A stretch of DNA of 64,000 nt from Wenzhouxiangellaceae bacterium (GCA_028289455.1 JANQPN010000074.1:2147-66146); one strand, 5' to 3'; shown: positions 35,409 to 45,772, numbered from the stretch's first letter. Notes: generated by a model not told the origin, from the sequence alone. Translations and numbers: made by a program.

Positions 35409-36485
35409 TTGAGCATAAGCAACACCCGCGTTTTAGTCGTCGGCGCCGGCCCAACCGGCTTAACTGCCGCTGTGGAACTGGCGCGACACGGGCTGCGTGT
35501 TGAAGTTATAGATCGCCGAATCGAAGCCTCCACTCTATCCAGGGCCGTTGGAATTCTCCCGCAAAGCCTGAAGCTGTTGGAGCCTTCGGGCGTAACGGCT
35601 GAATTACTGCAGCAGGGCATCAAACTGGAAGCTGTCCGCATCTACTACAAAACAGCGCTGAAACTTACCCTGCCATTTAAGAATGCTCATCCTGAGCACA
35701 ATTACATATTGGCGCTGGCGCAGGATAAAACTGAAGCCATACTCAGACAGGCGCTGTTTAATCATGGCGGCACCATCAGTTACGGCACAGAACTGACAGG
35801 CTTGCGCCAGAACGAATCCCAGGTAACCATTGAGGATAATCACGGCCATGAAATCAGTGTTGATTATGTTATTGGTGCTGATGGTATAAAGAGCCGCACA
35901 CGGCAGGCGCTGGGTATCGAGTATGCAGGCCATGATTTGCCTGAAACCTGGTCGATAGCCGATGTTGATGCTGATAATTGGATCAATCCCAACATCTTTT
36001 CTGTTTGTCTGCTGAATGCCGGACAGGTCGCTGTAGTGGCCCCGCTGGAAAGCTCACGCTTTCGAATCATATCCAACACCGAAGATGCGCTGGCCAGTCT
36101 ACCGTTGCCGATTAATATCACCAATATTCGCCGGCAGGCTCAATTTGAGATATCCATCCGGCAGGTTAATCAATATGCAATGAGCCGGGTATTCCTGGCC
36201 GGGGATGCTGCCCATTGTCATTCGCCGGTGGGCGGCCGGGGTATGAACCTGGGTATTGCAGATGCAGTGGAACTGGCCCGCAGAATAGCTGAAAATGATT
36301 TAGCCGGATATCATCCAGCCCGGCACTCAGCAGGTGCTGAAACCATTGCTTTAAGCGAGCGCGCACGAAAAATCATGACTGCTTCAAACCCCATGGCACG
36401 CGGCTTGCTGTTAGGCGGATTTGCATTTGCCGGCATTCTGCCTTTGATAAAAAGCCTGATTGCGCGAAGATTCTTAGGCAGTTGA
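35409..36485 (+). CDS. FAD-dependent monooxygenase (aromatic-ring hydroxylase fold)
   Basis: VLVVGAGPTGLTAAVELARHGLRVEVIDRR (GxGxxG) and LAGDAAHCHSPVGGRGMNLGIADA. Confidence 0.8.
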   Translation: MSISNTRVLVVGAGPTGLTAAVELARHGLRVEVIDRRIEASTLSRAVGILPQSLKLLEPSGVTAELLQQGIKLEAVRIYYKTALKLTLPFKNAHPEHNYILALAQDKTEAILRQALFNHGGTISYGTELTGLRQNESQVTIEDNHGHEISVDYVIGADGIKSRTRQALGIEYAGHDLPETWSIADVDADNWINPNIFSVCLLNAGQVAVVAPLESSRFRIISNTEDALASLPLPINITNIRRQAQFEISIRQVNQYAMSRVFLAGDAAHCHSPVGGRGMNLGIADAVELARRIAENDLAGYHPARHSAGAETIALSERARKIMTASNPMARGLLLGGFAFAGILPLIKSLIARRFLGS

Positions 36486-36651
36486 TATTCAATGACATCC
36501 AGGTAAGCCGCTTTCAGCAACTGAAACCGGTTTATATCTCGCCCAGGCTGTAATTAATCTACTCAATCGGCTTTCTCTGTAAATACTGCAGAGCAAGATC
36601 GGCTAAGCTATACCCAGCGATGCAGGGACCGTTTGAAAATGTGAATGAAAT

Positions 36652-37659
36652 ATGATGTCAAACCGTTTTAAGTGCACCGCTGTCATTGGCTTTCTCTGTC
36701 TGATACTTACTGGCTGCAGCAGCCTGACAGTATCTGATCGCAGCTTTCCTCCCTTATGGAAGCTGGAACACCCTGAACAACGGGGTAATGTCTGGTTATA
36801 CAGCACAGTACACTCACTGCCCTATGGCAAGGCACCCAGTATCCGCTTTACCCAACGACGCGGTCCGAGCAGGTTGTTGCTGCCTATCAGCAAACCGGAA
36901 TGGGTATCCAATGAATTGAATCAGGTTTTGCGGCGAATCGATTTGCTGGTTCTCGAGTTGGATTACAGCCGTGACCCGGTGACCAACAACAACAGAAAGC
37001 CACCGATGAAAGTCGATGACTTCATAGATGAAAAACAGAATCTTACACCACTTTTCTCATACTTGGATGAAGAAGAAAAGCAATATGTTCTCAATGCAGC
37101 AGAACAGCGAAACCTGCCCATTGAACAATTAGAAAAACTCTCTCCTCCCAGCGCATTATTCATGTTTTCGGTACTGCCGCGCCGTGACTCGGATTTGCAC
37201 AAACTGGGCGGTGTTGAAGATTGGCTGCTGTCTTATGCACGGGTTTCCCGAACTCCACTGGGTGGCCTGGAGACACCAGGGTTGAGGTTGGAAGCCATTG
37301 TTTCAGCCATGCAGTCAGTAGACCGTGAAAAGCAGCATCAGATTGTGCTGGATTATCTTGGGTCTTCCATCGAAGAAGCTGATGACCCCATACAGGAACT
37401 CGAAGAGCTTTATCAGGTATGGACCAGCGGTGATTTAACCAATGTGGAGCGCCAGCGTGAAGCCTTCGCGCAGTATTACCCTGAAATTTATGAGGCATTT
37501 CTCGGCTACCGCAACCGGGCCTGGATTCAACCGATTATTGATCAGGTCAACAGCGGCAAAGATGTATTAATCGCAGTTGGCCAGGGCCACTTGATCGGTC
37601 CTGACAACATACGCCAATTACTTAGAAAAGAAGGTTACCGGGTACTGCGCCTGCAGTAG
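36652..37659 (+). CDS. TraB/GumN family lipoprotein
   Basis: Lipobox LILTGC, plus C-terminal AVGQGHLIGPDNIRQLLRKEGYRV, which is typical of GumN-like proteins. Confidence 0.7.
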   Translation: MMSNRFKCTAVIGFLCLILTGCSSLTVSDRSFPPLWKLEHPEQRGNVWLYSTVHSLPYGKAPSIRFTQRRGPSRLLLPISKPEWVSNELNQVLRRIDLLVLELDYSRDPVTNNNRKPPMKVDDFIDEKQNLTPLFSYLDEEEKQYVLNAAEQRNLPIEQLEKLSPPSALFMFSVLPRRDSDLHKLGGVEDWLLSYARVSRTPLGGLETPGLRLEAIVSAMQSVDREKQHQIVLDYLGSSIEEADDPIQELEELYQVWTSGDLTNVERQREAFAQYYPEIYEAFLGYRNRAWIQPIIDQVNSGKDVLIAVGQGHLIGPDNIRQLLRKEGYRVLRLQ

Positions 37660-37696
37660 CCAACAGGTGTAACAGCATAGTCTCATGTGATATTAT

Positions 37697-37720
37697 TTCG
37701 ATATTCCTGGAAATATCGAA
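37697..37720. promoter_or_regulatory. 9-6-9 perfect inverted repeat immediately upstream of arsR (candidate ArsR operator)
   Basis: ttcgatatt-cctgga-aatatcgaa, ending 2 nt before the arsR ATG. Confidence 0.4.
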
Positions 37721-37722
37721 TT

Positions 37723-38058
37723 ATGCAACACATCAAACAACTTTCTGCACTGGCGCATGTCCAGCGCCTGGCAATATTCAGGTTATTGGTACAAAGCGGT
37801 ACCGGGGGAATGTGTGCCGGCGATATTGCCCAGCAATTGGAATTGCCCACCTCATCATTGTCAGGTTACCTGGCAACCCTGGAACAATCAGGGTTGCTGC
37901 AGGCCACCCGTGATGGGCGTTATATCCATTACGCAATCGATACAGACACAGTACGCCAGTTATTCAGTTATTTAATCAGTGACTGCTGTGCCGGACGACC
38001 GGAACTATGTGACCTGGCTAATTTAGGCAGCCCTGTAACCACGGAGTGTGCCGCATGA
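37723..38058 (+). CDS. arsR: ArsR/SmtB family repressor with C-terminal CCx5C arsenite site
   Basis: It has a winged-HTH core (LAIFRLLV..MCAGDIAQQLELPTSSLSGYLATLEQSGLL). The C-terminal DCCAGRPELC has the n, n+1, n+7 Cys spacing known from Acidithiobacillus ArsR. Confidence 0.8.
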   Translation: MQHIKQLSALAHVQRLAIFRLLVQSGTGGMCAGDIAQQLELPTSSLSGYLATLEQSGLLQATRDGRYIHYAIDTDTVRQLFSYLISDCCAGRPELCDLANLGSPVTTECAA

Positions 38059-38564
38059 TCAACGTACTGTTTTTATGTACCGGCAACTCAGCCAGAAGCG
38101 TGCTTGGTGAAGCATTATTGAATCATCTCGGTAAAGGTGTTTTTAAAGCCTACAGCGCCGGTAGCCACCCGGCAGGCAGCGTCCAGCCTCTGGCGCTTAA
38201 AGCACTGCAGAATAATGGAATAGACACCCGCGGACTGCATTCAAAAAGCTGGGATATCTTCAGCGATACTTCTGCGGCAACCATGCAGCTGGTACTGACA
38301 CTTTGTGATGATGCGGCCGGTAGAGCCTGCCCGGTATGGCTGGGTGATGGTATACGCTGCCATTGGGGCCTGCCCGACCCTGCGGCAGTTACCGGTGACG
38401 AAGCTACACGGCTTAATGCTTTTGAACAAACACTCGGCAAACTTTCAACCCGTATTTCTGCACTGCTGCAACTGGACGAGACTCTGTTTATCGATACACA
38501 GGCACACTTACAGCTGCTGCAGGAACTGCAACAAATCCATCAACAGGCTCTGGACAATGAGTAA
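38055..38564 (+). CDS. arsC: Arsenate reductase, LMW-PTP (thioredoxin-coupled) type
   Basis: MINVLFLCTGNSARS (Cx5R P-loop) and LCDDAAGRAC (second Cys pair). Its start overlaps the arsR stop as ATGA. Confidence 0.85.
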   Translation: MINVLFLCTGNSARSVLGEALLNHLGKGVFKAYSAGSHPAGSVQPLALKALQNNGIDTRGLHSKSWDIFSDTSAATMQLVLTLCDDAAGRACPVWLGDGIRCHWGLPDPAAVTGDEATRLNAFEQTLGKLSTRISALLQLDETLFIDTQAHLQLLQELQQIHQQALDNE

Positions 38565-39240
38565 CAAATCCTTGCAACGCTGGCTGGCTGAATTCACCGG
38601 CACCGCTTTTCTCCTCGCAACTGTGGTCGGCTCCGGTGTCATGGGAGAACAGCTGGCCAATGGCCAGGCCGGCCTGGCATTGCTGGCCAATGCAGTGGCC
38701 ACCGGTGCAATACTCTATGTCCTGATCACTATTCTGGGACCAATCTCAGGTGCTCACTTCAATCCGGCAGTAACACTGGGCTTTTTTCTGCGCAGAGAAA
38801 TCAGTCTGAGGGAATCAATGGGTTTCGTTGCAGCCCAGATCAGCGGTGGCATCCTGGGTGTGATTTGTGCTCATCTGATGTTCGGTATGCCGCCGGTGTT
38901 GTTGTCCAGCCACGCCCGGATGTCCAATGCGCTGTGGTTTTCCGAAATTATCGCCACATTTGGCCTGTTGCTGGTCATTTTTGGCGGCATTCGACATAAC
39001 GCCAGAGCTGTTCCTGCGCTGGTTGGTCTGTACATCACTGCTGCCTATTGGTTCACAGCTTCCACATCGTTTGCCAATCCTGCCGTGACCATTTCCCGAG
39101 CACTGACCGAAAGCTTTTCGGGCATCCATTATCATTCGGTGCCCTGGTTTATCCTGATGCAACTGCTTGGTGCTGTTCTAGCTGTTATGCTGAGCAAAGT
39201 TTTGTTTGACAGACCGGTACATGCAACAGCAAGCAGTTAA
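38557..39240 (+). CDS. MIP-family channel (aquaglyceroporin-like, AqpS-type position in an ars operon)
   Basis: The start is taken at MSNKSLQRWLAEFTGTAFLL. There are two NPA boxes (HFNPAVTLG, FANPAVTISR). The start overlaps the arsC stop by 8 nt (ATGAGTAA). Confidence 0.85.
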   Translation: MSNKSLQRWLAEFTGTAFLLATVVGSGVMGEQLANGQAGLALLANAVATGAILYVLITILGPISGAHFNPAVTLGFFLRREISLRESMGFVAAQISGGILGVICAHLMFGMPPVLLSSHARMSNALWFSEIIATFGLLLVIFGGIRHNARAVPALVGLYITAAYWFTASTSFANPAVTISRALTESFSGIHYHSVPWFILMQLLGAVLAVMLSKVLFDRPVHATASS

Positions 39241-40123
39241 CACCAATGTAGATCAATGGCGGCAGGCGGGCCATTTCAGTGAATTCCAAAACCAGACTGT
39301 TTTCAACCGCCACAATCAGGGACCACCACAAAGCGACAAGCCTTCGCTGGTACTGATTCACGGATTTCCGACCGCCAGCTGGGATTGGCACCGGATGTGG
39401 GGTGACCTGGAACAGCAGTTTGAATTAACCGCCGTAGATATGCTTGGTTTCGGTCTGTCCGGCAAACCGGCACAACTGAAATATACAATCGCTCTTCAGT
39501 CTGACCTGCATGAATTTGTGCTGCAGCAGCGTGGCATCAGCAACTGCCATCTGCTGGTTCATGATTATGGCGTATCGGTGGCGCAGGAACTGCTTGCCAG
39601 GCAACTGGAAAATCAGCTCAGATTTCAAATCAAATCCTGCATTTTCTTGAATGGCGGCCTGTTTCATGGAATACACCGGCCATTATTGATTCAAAAACTG
39701 CTGGCCTCACCGTTGGGTTTTCTGTTGCCGCCCCTGATGGGCAAGGGCTCGCTGCAGCGCAGTATGCGGCGCATCTTTTCTCCACAATTTCAGCCGGATC
39801 AATGGGAAATTGATCAGATGTGGTCGTTAATCGAACAGGCTGACGGCAGACGTGCCATTCCCAAAGTCAGCCGTTATATGCATGAGCGCAGAGTGCATTA
39901 TCACCGCTGGCTGAATGCACTGCAGCAGGCCAAAGTGCCGTTACGCCTGGTTAGCGGCAGCCTGGATCCGATATCAGGTGCCAATCTCGCTCAGGCTTAC
40001 CGGGAGCTGATTCCCAACCCTGATGTGGTCGACCTGACCGATACCGGACATTATCCTCAGCTGGAAAACCCTGGAGCGGTGCTTAACGCCTGCCGGGCTT
40101 TCTGGAATGATTTGCCTGTTTAG
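39221..40123 (+). CDS. Alpha/beta-fold hydrolase
   Basis: LVLIHGFPTASWDWHRMW and HDYGVSVAQE (nucleophile-elbow position), plus a C-terminal TGHYPQLE. The start is uncertain (TTG 39206 or ATG 39221). Confidence 0.75.
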   Translation: MQQQAVNTNVDQWRQAGHFSEFQNQTVFNRHNQGPPQSDKPSLVLIHGFPTASWDWHRMWGDLEQQFELTAVDMLGFGLSGKPAQLKYTIALQSDLHEFVLQQRGISNCHLLVHDYGVSVAQELLARQLENQLRFQIKSCIFLNGGLFHGIHRPLLIQKLLASPLGFLLPPLMGKGSLQRSMRRIFSPQFQPDQWEIDQMWSLIEQADGRRAIPKVSRYMHERRVHYHRWLNALQQAKVPLRLVSGSLDPISGANLAQAYRELIPNPDVVDLTDTGHYPQLENPGAVLNACRAFWNDLPV

Positions 40124-40544
40124 CATCTATGCACAAATACAATGAAAGGCGCCGGAAAATATCGGCAGTACACTGATAACGCCATACCCAAAGCGCCAAT
40201 CTGTGCCCATTACACCTGCCGCAGATGATCACGAGGTGAGCACAACAGAAGCCGCCCTGCCCCAGTTCAAGTGAAAACCGGGTTTGTCGATGGTCAAACA
40301 ACCACCAGTTTCCTTCGGCATCCCGTCTCAATTCACGCCATCTTTCCAGTCTGGATATTCTCCGATGCTCATGTGAGCAGTAAACTACCGCCACCGGCAG
40401 CATACAAAGTTTCGCCATTAAAGATATGCCGGCTACACATATAGCAACGACCGCTAAAGCAACGGTCAAATAAGCAGCTACAGTCAGCCGGCCTGACGGC
40501 TGTAACCGAACAGCTAATGGTGGCGTTATTCCGCTTTCAGACAT
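40083..40544 (-). CDS. Small two-TM membrane protein, YgfX/CptA-like
   Basis: L.LQPSGRL is followed by two hydrophobic helices, a W-rich soluble part and ..FRRLSLYL at the end. The layout resembles E. coli YgfX. The start is taken at MSESGI. Confidence 0.4.
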   Translation of the reverse strand: MSESGITPPLAVRLQPSGRLTVAAYLTVALAVVAICVAGISLMAKLCMLPVAVVYCSHEHRRISRLERWRELRRDAEGNWWLFDHRQTRFSLELGQGGFCCAHLVIICGRCNGHRLALWVWRYQCTADIFRRLSLYLCIDAKQANHSRKPGRR

Positions 40545-40595
40545 CTGCTTGATTAAAACCGTTTTTTGCACGCCCGGATACGGTAAAATCACGCT

Positions 40596-41984
40596 ATGAA
40601 CTGTAATCCTTTAACCAGTTATGCTGACTGGGTCAGCACTGTCGAATCCACCTGGTCATCTACAGCGATACAGCGCACCATTAATGCCTATATTGATACA
40701 TTGGCCGTCAGCATCGCCGGCAGAGATGATCCTCCCGTCGGCATCGCTCTGCAGCTGGGAGAGCGCTGGGGAGCGGGCAACTGCCGCATCATCGGCCATT
40801 CACAACAACTGTCTGCGCCAATGGCTGCACTGGTCAACGGTACCGCCGCTCATGCGCTGGATTTTGATGACAATTTTGATCCGGCCAAAGCACATGCGTC
40901 CGCCGTATTGGTGCCGGCGATTCTGGCGCTGGCTGACGAACGCGACCTTGAAACCAGCCGGCTGATCGATGCCTTTATTGTCGGGCTGCAAATTCTCGGA
41001 AAGGTAGGACAGTCGGTTAACCCGTTCCACCGGAGCCGCGGCTGGCATGCCACTGCAACCCTGGGCACAATCGGTGCTGCAGCGGCATGTGCCCGTTTGC
41101 TGCAGCTGAATGCCACACAAACTGCACATGCGATTTCTCTATCCACCAGTCTGTGCGGCGGCATGATGAGTCAGTTTGGCACCATGACCAAGCCGCTGCA
41201 TGCCGGGCTGGCCGCCAGTGGTGGCGTGCAGGCAGCCTGCTTCGCTGAGCAAGGGTTAACAGCCGGCGCAGATACTCTGCACGGCAGTAAAGGATTACGG
41301 CAGCTGATGGTAGGGCCTGATGTCGAATCACTGGCTGAGCAGATGCGCGGCAAAGCTGAACATGGCCAAACCATGCAGTTCAACACAGATAACATTGGCG
41401 CGCCGGTGCATATAGAAGAGCATGGCCTGAAAGTTAAGCGCTACCCCAATTGCGGCAGCGTGCACCGTGCGCTTGACGGCTTACTGGAATTGCGTCAGCA
41501 GTACGACCTGACTCCGGATACTGTAGATCATGTATTGGTGCGCGCACCGGCTGCACACCTGGCCAATCTGATGTATACCCAGCCGGAAAACCCAATGCAG
41601 GCGAAATTCAGTCTGGAATATAATCTGGCTGTCGGACTGCTGCGCGGTCAGGTCACACTGGCCGATTTTGAGCCTGACGTTATCGCCCAACCGGAAACCT
41701 GGCAGCTATTGGATAATATACGCAAACAGCCTGTTGATCGTCTGGAGTCTGAATTTCCGACTGAAGTGCACATCCATTTGAACAATGGCCAGCACCACCA
41801 GACCAGCATTGCCATGCCAATCGGCAGCCTGGCCAATCCACTGTCTCAGGAACAGCTGTGGCAAAAGTATAATGGCTGTGTGCAGCCTTTACTGGGAGGT
41901 CAGAAAGCAGCAGATTTACAGCAAGCACTTGAGCAGTTGAATACACGTCAATCTGTTCGCAGCTTATTGGATTTAACCCGTTAA
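40596..41984 (+). CDS. MmgE/PrpD family protein (2-methylcitrate dehydratase superfamily)
   Basis: 462 aa. It carries AALVNGTAAHALDFDD, which is typical of the family. Confidence 0.8.
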   Translation: MNCNPLTSYADWVSTVESTWSSTAIQRTINAYIDTLAVSIAGRDDPPVGIALQLGERWGAGNCRIIGHSQQLSAPMAALVNGTAAHALDFDDNFDPAKAHASAVLVPAILALADERDLETSRLIDAFIVGLQILGKVGQSVNPFHRSRGWHATATLGTIGAAAACARLLQLNATQTAHAISLSTSLCGGMMSQFGTMTKPLHAGLAASGGVQAACFAEQGLTAGADTLHGSKGLRQLMVGPDVESLAEQMRGKAEHGQTMQFNTDNIGAPVHIEEHGLKVKRYPNCGSVHRALDGLLELRQQYDLTPDTVDHVLVRAPAAHLANLMYTQPENPMQAKFSLEYNLAVGLLRGQVTLADFEPDVIAQPETWQLLDNIRKQPVDRLESEFPTEVHIHLNNGQHHQTSIAMPIGSLANPLSQEQLWQKYNGCVQPLLGGQKAADLQQALEQLNTRQSVRSLLDLTR

Positions 41985-42014
41985 CCCATTCAGGAAATCA
42001 GCTTAGGGAGCAAC

Positions 42015-42821
42015 ATGACTCAACAACCAAAAATGAATGCATTGATTTTGGCCGCCAGCCGCAAAGGTGCGGAAGATGCCGTTGCCAAAACTCAAAATGT
42101 CAGCCATAAGTGCCTGATAGATTTGGATGGCACGGTGATGCTGCAGCGGGTTGTCGAAGCACTGATCGAATCCGGTCAATGCAAGCGCATTATTGTGACT
42201 ATTGAACAGCGCGAATTGATTGAAAGTGTGCCGAAATTGAATCAATTGCTGGCGGACGGAACCATTGAATACCTGCCCAGTGAAGATAATCTGTTTGCCT
42301 CAGTTTCAGCAGCTGCACAGCTGGATGACCCCTGGCCATTAATGATCACCACCGGTGATAACCCCCTGCATACTCCTGAAATGCTGCAGCATTTCTGCGC
42401 AGAGCTTCAGCGGGTTAAACCGGATGTAGCGGTAGCCATGACACCTGCAGATGTCATATTGAAAGCATACCCCGACGGCAAACGCGCTTTTCATAATCTC
42501 AAGGACGGTGGCTGGTCCAGCTGTAACCTGTATGCATTAATGAACTCAGAAGCATTGAAGACCGCCAAAGCATTTGAAGGCGGTGGCCAGTTCGGTAAGC
42601 GCCCTTCCCGTTTGCTGAAGGCATTTGGCCTTGGCTTTGTCATTCTATACAAATTCAAACTGGCCACCCTGGCGCAACTGGCGCAAAGGCTATCACGCCG
42701 CTGGAACCTGAACATCCAGGCCATCACCATGCCTTTTGCCGATGCACCTATCGATGTTGATAACCCGGGTGACATGGTGCGGACTGTAGCCATACTGAAA
42801 AAACGCCGGGGAGCAGAATAA
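42015..42821 (+). CDS. Nucleotidyltransferase-family (MobA-like NTP transferase) protein
   Basis: 268 aa with N-terminal NALILAASRKG..KCLIDLDGTVMLQRVVEAL and TTGDNPL. Confidence 0.5.
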   Translation: MTQQPKMNALILAASRKGAEDAVAKTQNVSHKCLIDLDGTVMLQRVVEALIESGQCKRIIVTIEQRELIESVPKLNQLLADGTIEYLPSEDNLFASVSAAAQLDDPWPLMITTGDNPLHTPEMLQHFCAELQRVKPDVAVAMTPADVILKAYPDGKRAFHNLKDGGWSSCNLYALMNSEALKTAKAFEGGGQFGKRPSRLLKAFGLGFVILYKFKLATLAQLAQRLSRRWNLNIQAITMPFADAPIDVDNPGDMVRTVAILKKRRGAE

Positions 42822-42847
42822 CCGGGAGGTTGACAGCTTGCGCTGCT

Positions 42848-43099
42848 TCAGCAGCGCATTTGTGTAATTTGTGCTACGAGTTGCGCGAGCACCGGTTGTT
42901 CAGGCACATCACGGCCCGAGAGCCAATCCCACAGGACATCATCCTGCTGCTGCAATAACGCTGCGAATGCCAGTTTTTGCGCATGCTCAGCGTGCTCATA
43001 CTGCTGATCCAGGTATCTCAGCAGCAATATATCAAGCTCCTGCATGCCACGCCGGCAGCGCCAGCGCAATTGGCTTTGGGACAATAACTGTGAGGTCAT
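42848..43099 (-). CDS. sdhE: FAD assembly factor SdhE (YgfY/SDHAF2 family)
   Basis: 83 aa with LRWRCRRGMQELDILL (RGxxE motif). It lies 66 nt downstream of sdhB. Confidence 0.9.
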   Translation of the reverse strand: MTSQLLSQSQLRWRCRRGMQELDILLLRYLDQQYEHAEHAQKLAFAALLQQQDDVLWDWLSGRDVPEQPVLAQLVAQITQMRC

Positions 43100-43165
43100 A
43101 CGGATCCCATTATCCGCAACAGGTCGAAATGATTCCTGAGCAGGCAGGAATCATCGTCATAATGC

Positions 43166-43951
43166 TTACAGCGACTGACGCCCAACCAGCTCTTTTTTGA
43201 TTTCGGCAATGGCTTTGGCGGGGTTCAGACCTTTGGGACAGGCACTGGTGCAATTCATGATGGTATGACACCGGTATACCCGGAATGGGTCTTCCAGCTC
43301 ATCCAGGCGTTCACCTTTGGCTTCATCACGAGAATCGGCAAGCCAGCGGTAGGCCTGCAACAGTATGGCCGGCCCGAGGTAGCGGTCGCTGTTCCACCAG
43401 TAGCTGGGACAGGAAGTCGAGCAGCAGGCACACATAATGCACTCATACAGCCCATCAAGCTTTTCCCTTTCCTGAGGCGACTGCAGCCGTTCCTTATCGG
43501 GCGGCGGCGGGCTTTCGGTATGTATCCAGGGTTTAATGGCAGCATGTTGCGCATAGAAGTTGGTCATATCCGGCACCAGATCCTTGACCACCTGCATATG
43601 CGGCAACGGGTAGATTTTAATGTCGCCCTTAAAATCATCAATCGCCTTGGTACATGCCAGCGTATTGGTACCGCCGATGTTCATTGCACAGGATCCACAG
43701 ATACCCTCGCGGCAGGAACGGCGGAAAGTCAGTGTAGGGTCGATGTGATTCTTAATGTAAATAATTGCATCAAGAATCATCGGACCGCACTGGTCCAAAT
43801 CCACATCGTACCGATCAACGCGGGGATTTTCTCCACTATCCGGGTCCCAGCGGTATACCTGAAATGTTTTGACGCGTTTAGCATCGGCAGCGGCAGGGAA
43901 ATGCTTGCCTTTCTTGATCCGCGAATTTTTCGGTAAAGTAAACTCAGCCAT
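43166..43951 (-). CDS. sdhB: Succinate dehydrogenase iron-sulfur subunit
   Basis: Three Cys clusters: [23 protein letters not shown] and [12 protein letters not shown]. Confidence 0.95.
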   Translation of the reverse strand: MAEFTLPKNSRIKKGKHFPAAADAKRVKTFQVYRWDPDSGENPRVDRYDVDLDQCGPMILDAIIYIKNHIDPTLTFRRSCREGICGSCAMNIGGTNTLACTKAIDDFKGDIKIYPLPHMQVVKDLVPDMTNFYAQHAAIKPWIHTESPPPPDKERLQSPQEREKLDGLYECIMCACCSTSCPSYWWNSDRYLGPAILLQAYRWLADSRDEAKGERLDELEDPFRVYRCHTIMNCTSACPKGLNPAKAIAEIKKELVGRQSL

Positions 43952-43974
43952 CTGGCAATCCTGTCAATCTGTTA

Positions 43975-45762
43975 TCAGTAAACCCGCTTTTTGGGCGGTA
44001 TGACTTCTACATCATCGGTCAAGGTGTACATATGCACCGGCCGGTAATCAATTCTGACCTGGTCCTGTTCCAGCCAGGTCAGGGTGTGTTTCATCCAGGT
44101 TTCGTCATCACGATCCGGAAAATCTTCCTGCGCATGCGCACCACGGCTTTCCTTGCGGTTATCGGCAGCCACCATGGTGGTTACCGCATTGCCCAGCAGA
44201 TTTCTCAGTTCCAGGGTCTCAGCCAGATCAGAATTCCACACCAGCGAACGGTCGCTGACTTTAACATCAGCAAAACTTGCAGCCACCTGATGAATCTTCT
44301 GGACACCCTGCTGCAGAGTCTCTGCAGTACGGAATACTGCAGCATCCTCCTGCATAACCTTCTGCATATTATCGCGGATACCGGCAGTTGACTGACTGCC
44401 GTCGGCGTAACGGACGGCATCAAAATCAGCCAGCAGCTTATCCAGCTTATCCTGCTGAACCGCCGGGTGTTTCTTATTGGGCTGCATGGTTTCACCGCAG
44501 CGATGCGCGACCGCACGGCCGAATACAATCAAATCCAAAAGCGAGTTCGAACCCAGCCGGTTAGCGCCATGCACCGATACACAGGCCGCCTCACCAATGG
44601 CGTACAGCCCCGGGACCACTGAGTCCGGATCGCTGTCTTTTAAAGTCACCACTTCGCCATGATAATTGGTGGGAATCCCGCCCATGTTGTAATGCACCGT
44701 AGGGAGTACCGGGATAGGTTCTTTGGTGACATCCACCCCGGCAAAAATTCGGGCGGTTTCGGCAATACCCGGCAGCCGTTTATGGATTACATCGCTGCCC
44801 AGGTGCTGCAGATTTAAATGGATATGGTCGGAATTACCGCCGACACCCCTGCCCTCACGGATTTCCACCGTCATCGAACGGCTGACCACATCACGTGAAG
44901 CCAGGTCTTTGGCATTGGGGGCATAGCGTTCCATAAACCGCTCACCCTCAGAATTGGTCAGATAACCGCCCTCACCGCGCACGCCTTCGGTAATCAGGCA
45001 ACCTGCGCCATATACACCGGTCGGATGAAACTGGACAAACTCCATATCCTGCAGCGGCAGACCGGCACGCAACACCATGCCGTTGCCGTCACCGGTACAG
45101 GTATGCGCCGATGTGCAGGAAAAATACGCCCGCCCATAGCCACCTGTGGCCAGAATGACGCCATGTGCCTTAAACAGGTGCAGCTGGCCTTCAGACAAAT
45201 CCCAGGCCAGCACACCCCGACAGGTTCCATCGTCATCCATCAGCAGATCGATGGCAAAATATTCAATAAAAAACTGAGCCTTATGTTTCAGCGATTGCTG
45301 ATACAGCGTGTGCAGTATGGCGTGCCCGGTACGATCGGCAGCTGCACAGGTCCGTTGGGCAGTGCCTTCACCGAAGTGGGTGGTCATTCCACCAAACGGG
45401 CGCTGATAAATCTTGCCGTCTTCTGTACGTGAGAACGGCACCCCGAAATGTTCCAGTTCGATAACCGATGCCGCTGCCTCACGGCACATGTATTCAATCG
45501 CGTCCTGGTCGCCCAGCCAGTCTGACCCCTTAATCGTGTCGTACATGTGCCAGCGCCAGTTGTCCTCTCCCATATTGCCGAGTGCAGCACTCATTCCGCC
45601 CTGAGCCGCCACTGTATGACTGCGGGTGGGAAAAACCTTGGTAATGCAGGCGGTTGTCAGTCCGGTTGCCGCCAGCCCCATGGTTGCACGCAGTCCGGCG
45701 CCACCGGCGCCAACCACTACAATATCGTATTCATGTACGATGGGTTCGTAGGCTTTGCTCAT
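43975..45762 (-). CDS. sdhA: Succinate dehydrogenase flavoprotein subunit
   Basis: The start is taken at MSKAYEP, with AAGGAA upstream. It carries [14 protein letters not shown] and [10 protein letters not shown] (covalent-FAD His). Confidence 0.95.
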   Translation of the reverse strand: MSKAYEPIVHEYDIVVVGAGGAGLRATMGLAATGLTTACITKVFPTRSHTVAAQGGMSAALGNMGEDNWRWHMYDTIKGSDWLGDQDAIEYMCREAAASVIELEHFGVPFSRTEDGKIYQRPFGGMTTHFGEGTAQRTCAAADRTGHAILHTLYQQSLKHKAQFFIEYFAIDLLMDDDGTCRGVLAWDLSEGQLHLFKAHGVILATGGYGRAYFSCTSAHTCTGDGNGMVLRAGLPLQDMEFVQFHPTGVYGAGCLITEGVRGEGGYLTNSEGERFMERYAPNAKDLASRDVVSRSMTVEIREGRGVGGNSDHIHLNLQHLGSDVIHKRLPGIAETARIFAGVDVTKEPIPVLPTVHYNMGGIPTNYHGEVVTLKDSDPDSVVPGLYAIGEAACVSVHGANRLGSNSLLDLIVFGRAVAHRCGETMQPNKKHPAVQQDKLDKLLADFDAVRYADGSQSTAGIRDNMQKVMQEDAAVFRTAETLQQGVQKIHQVAASFADVKVSDRSLVWNSDLAETLELRNLLGNAVTTMVAADNRKESRGAHAQEDFPDRDDETWMKHTLTWLEQDQVRIDYRPVHMYTLTDDVEVIPPKKRVY

Positions 45763-45772
45763 GCTTAATTCC

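Noticed and set aside
38305-38556. Upstream extension of the MIP channel ORF.
   Set aside because: It overlaps the arsC coding region in another frame. The MIP fold begins at MSNKSLQRWLAEFTGTAF (ATG 38557).
42003-42245. 80-aa minus-strand ORF just downstream of sdhE, considered as the missing ygfX.
   Set aside because: It is not hydrophobic (no TM helices) and lies antisense inside the nucleotidyltransferase gene.
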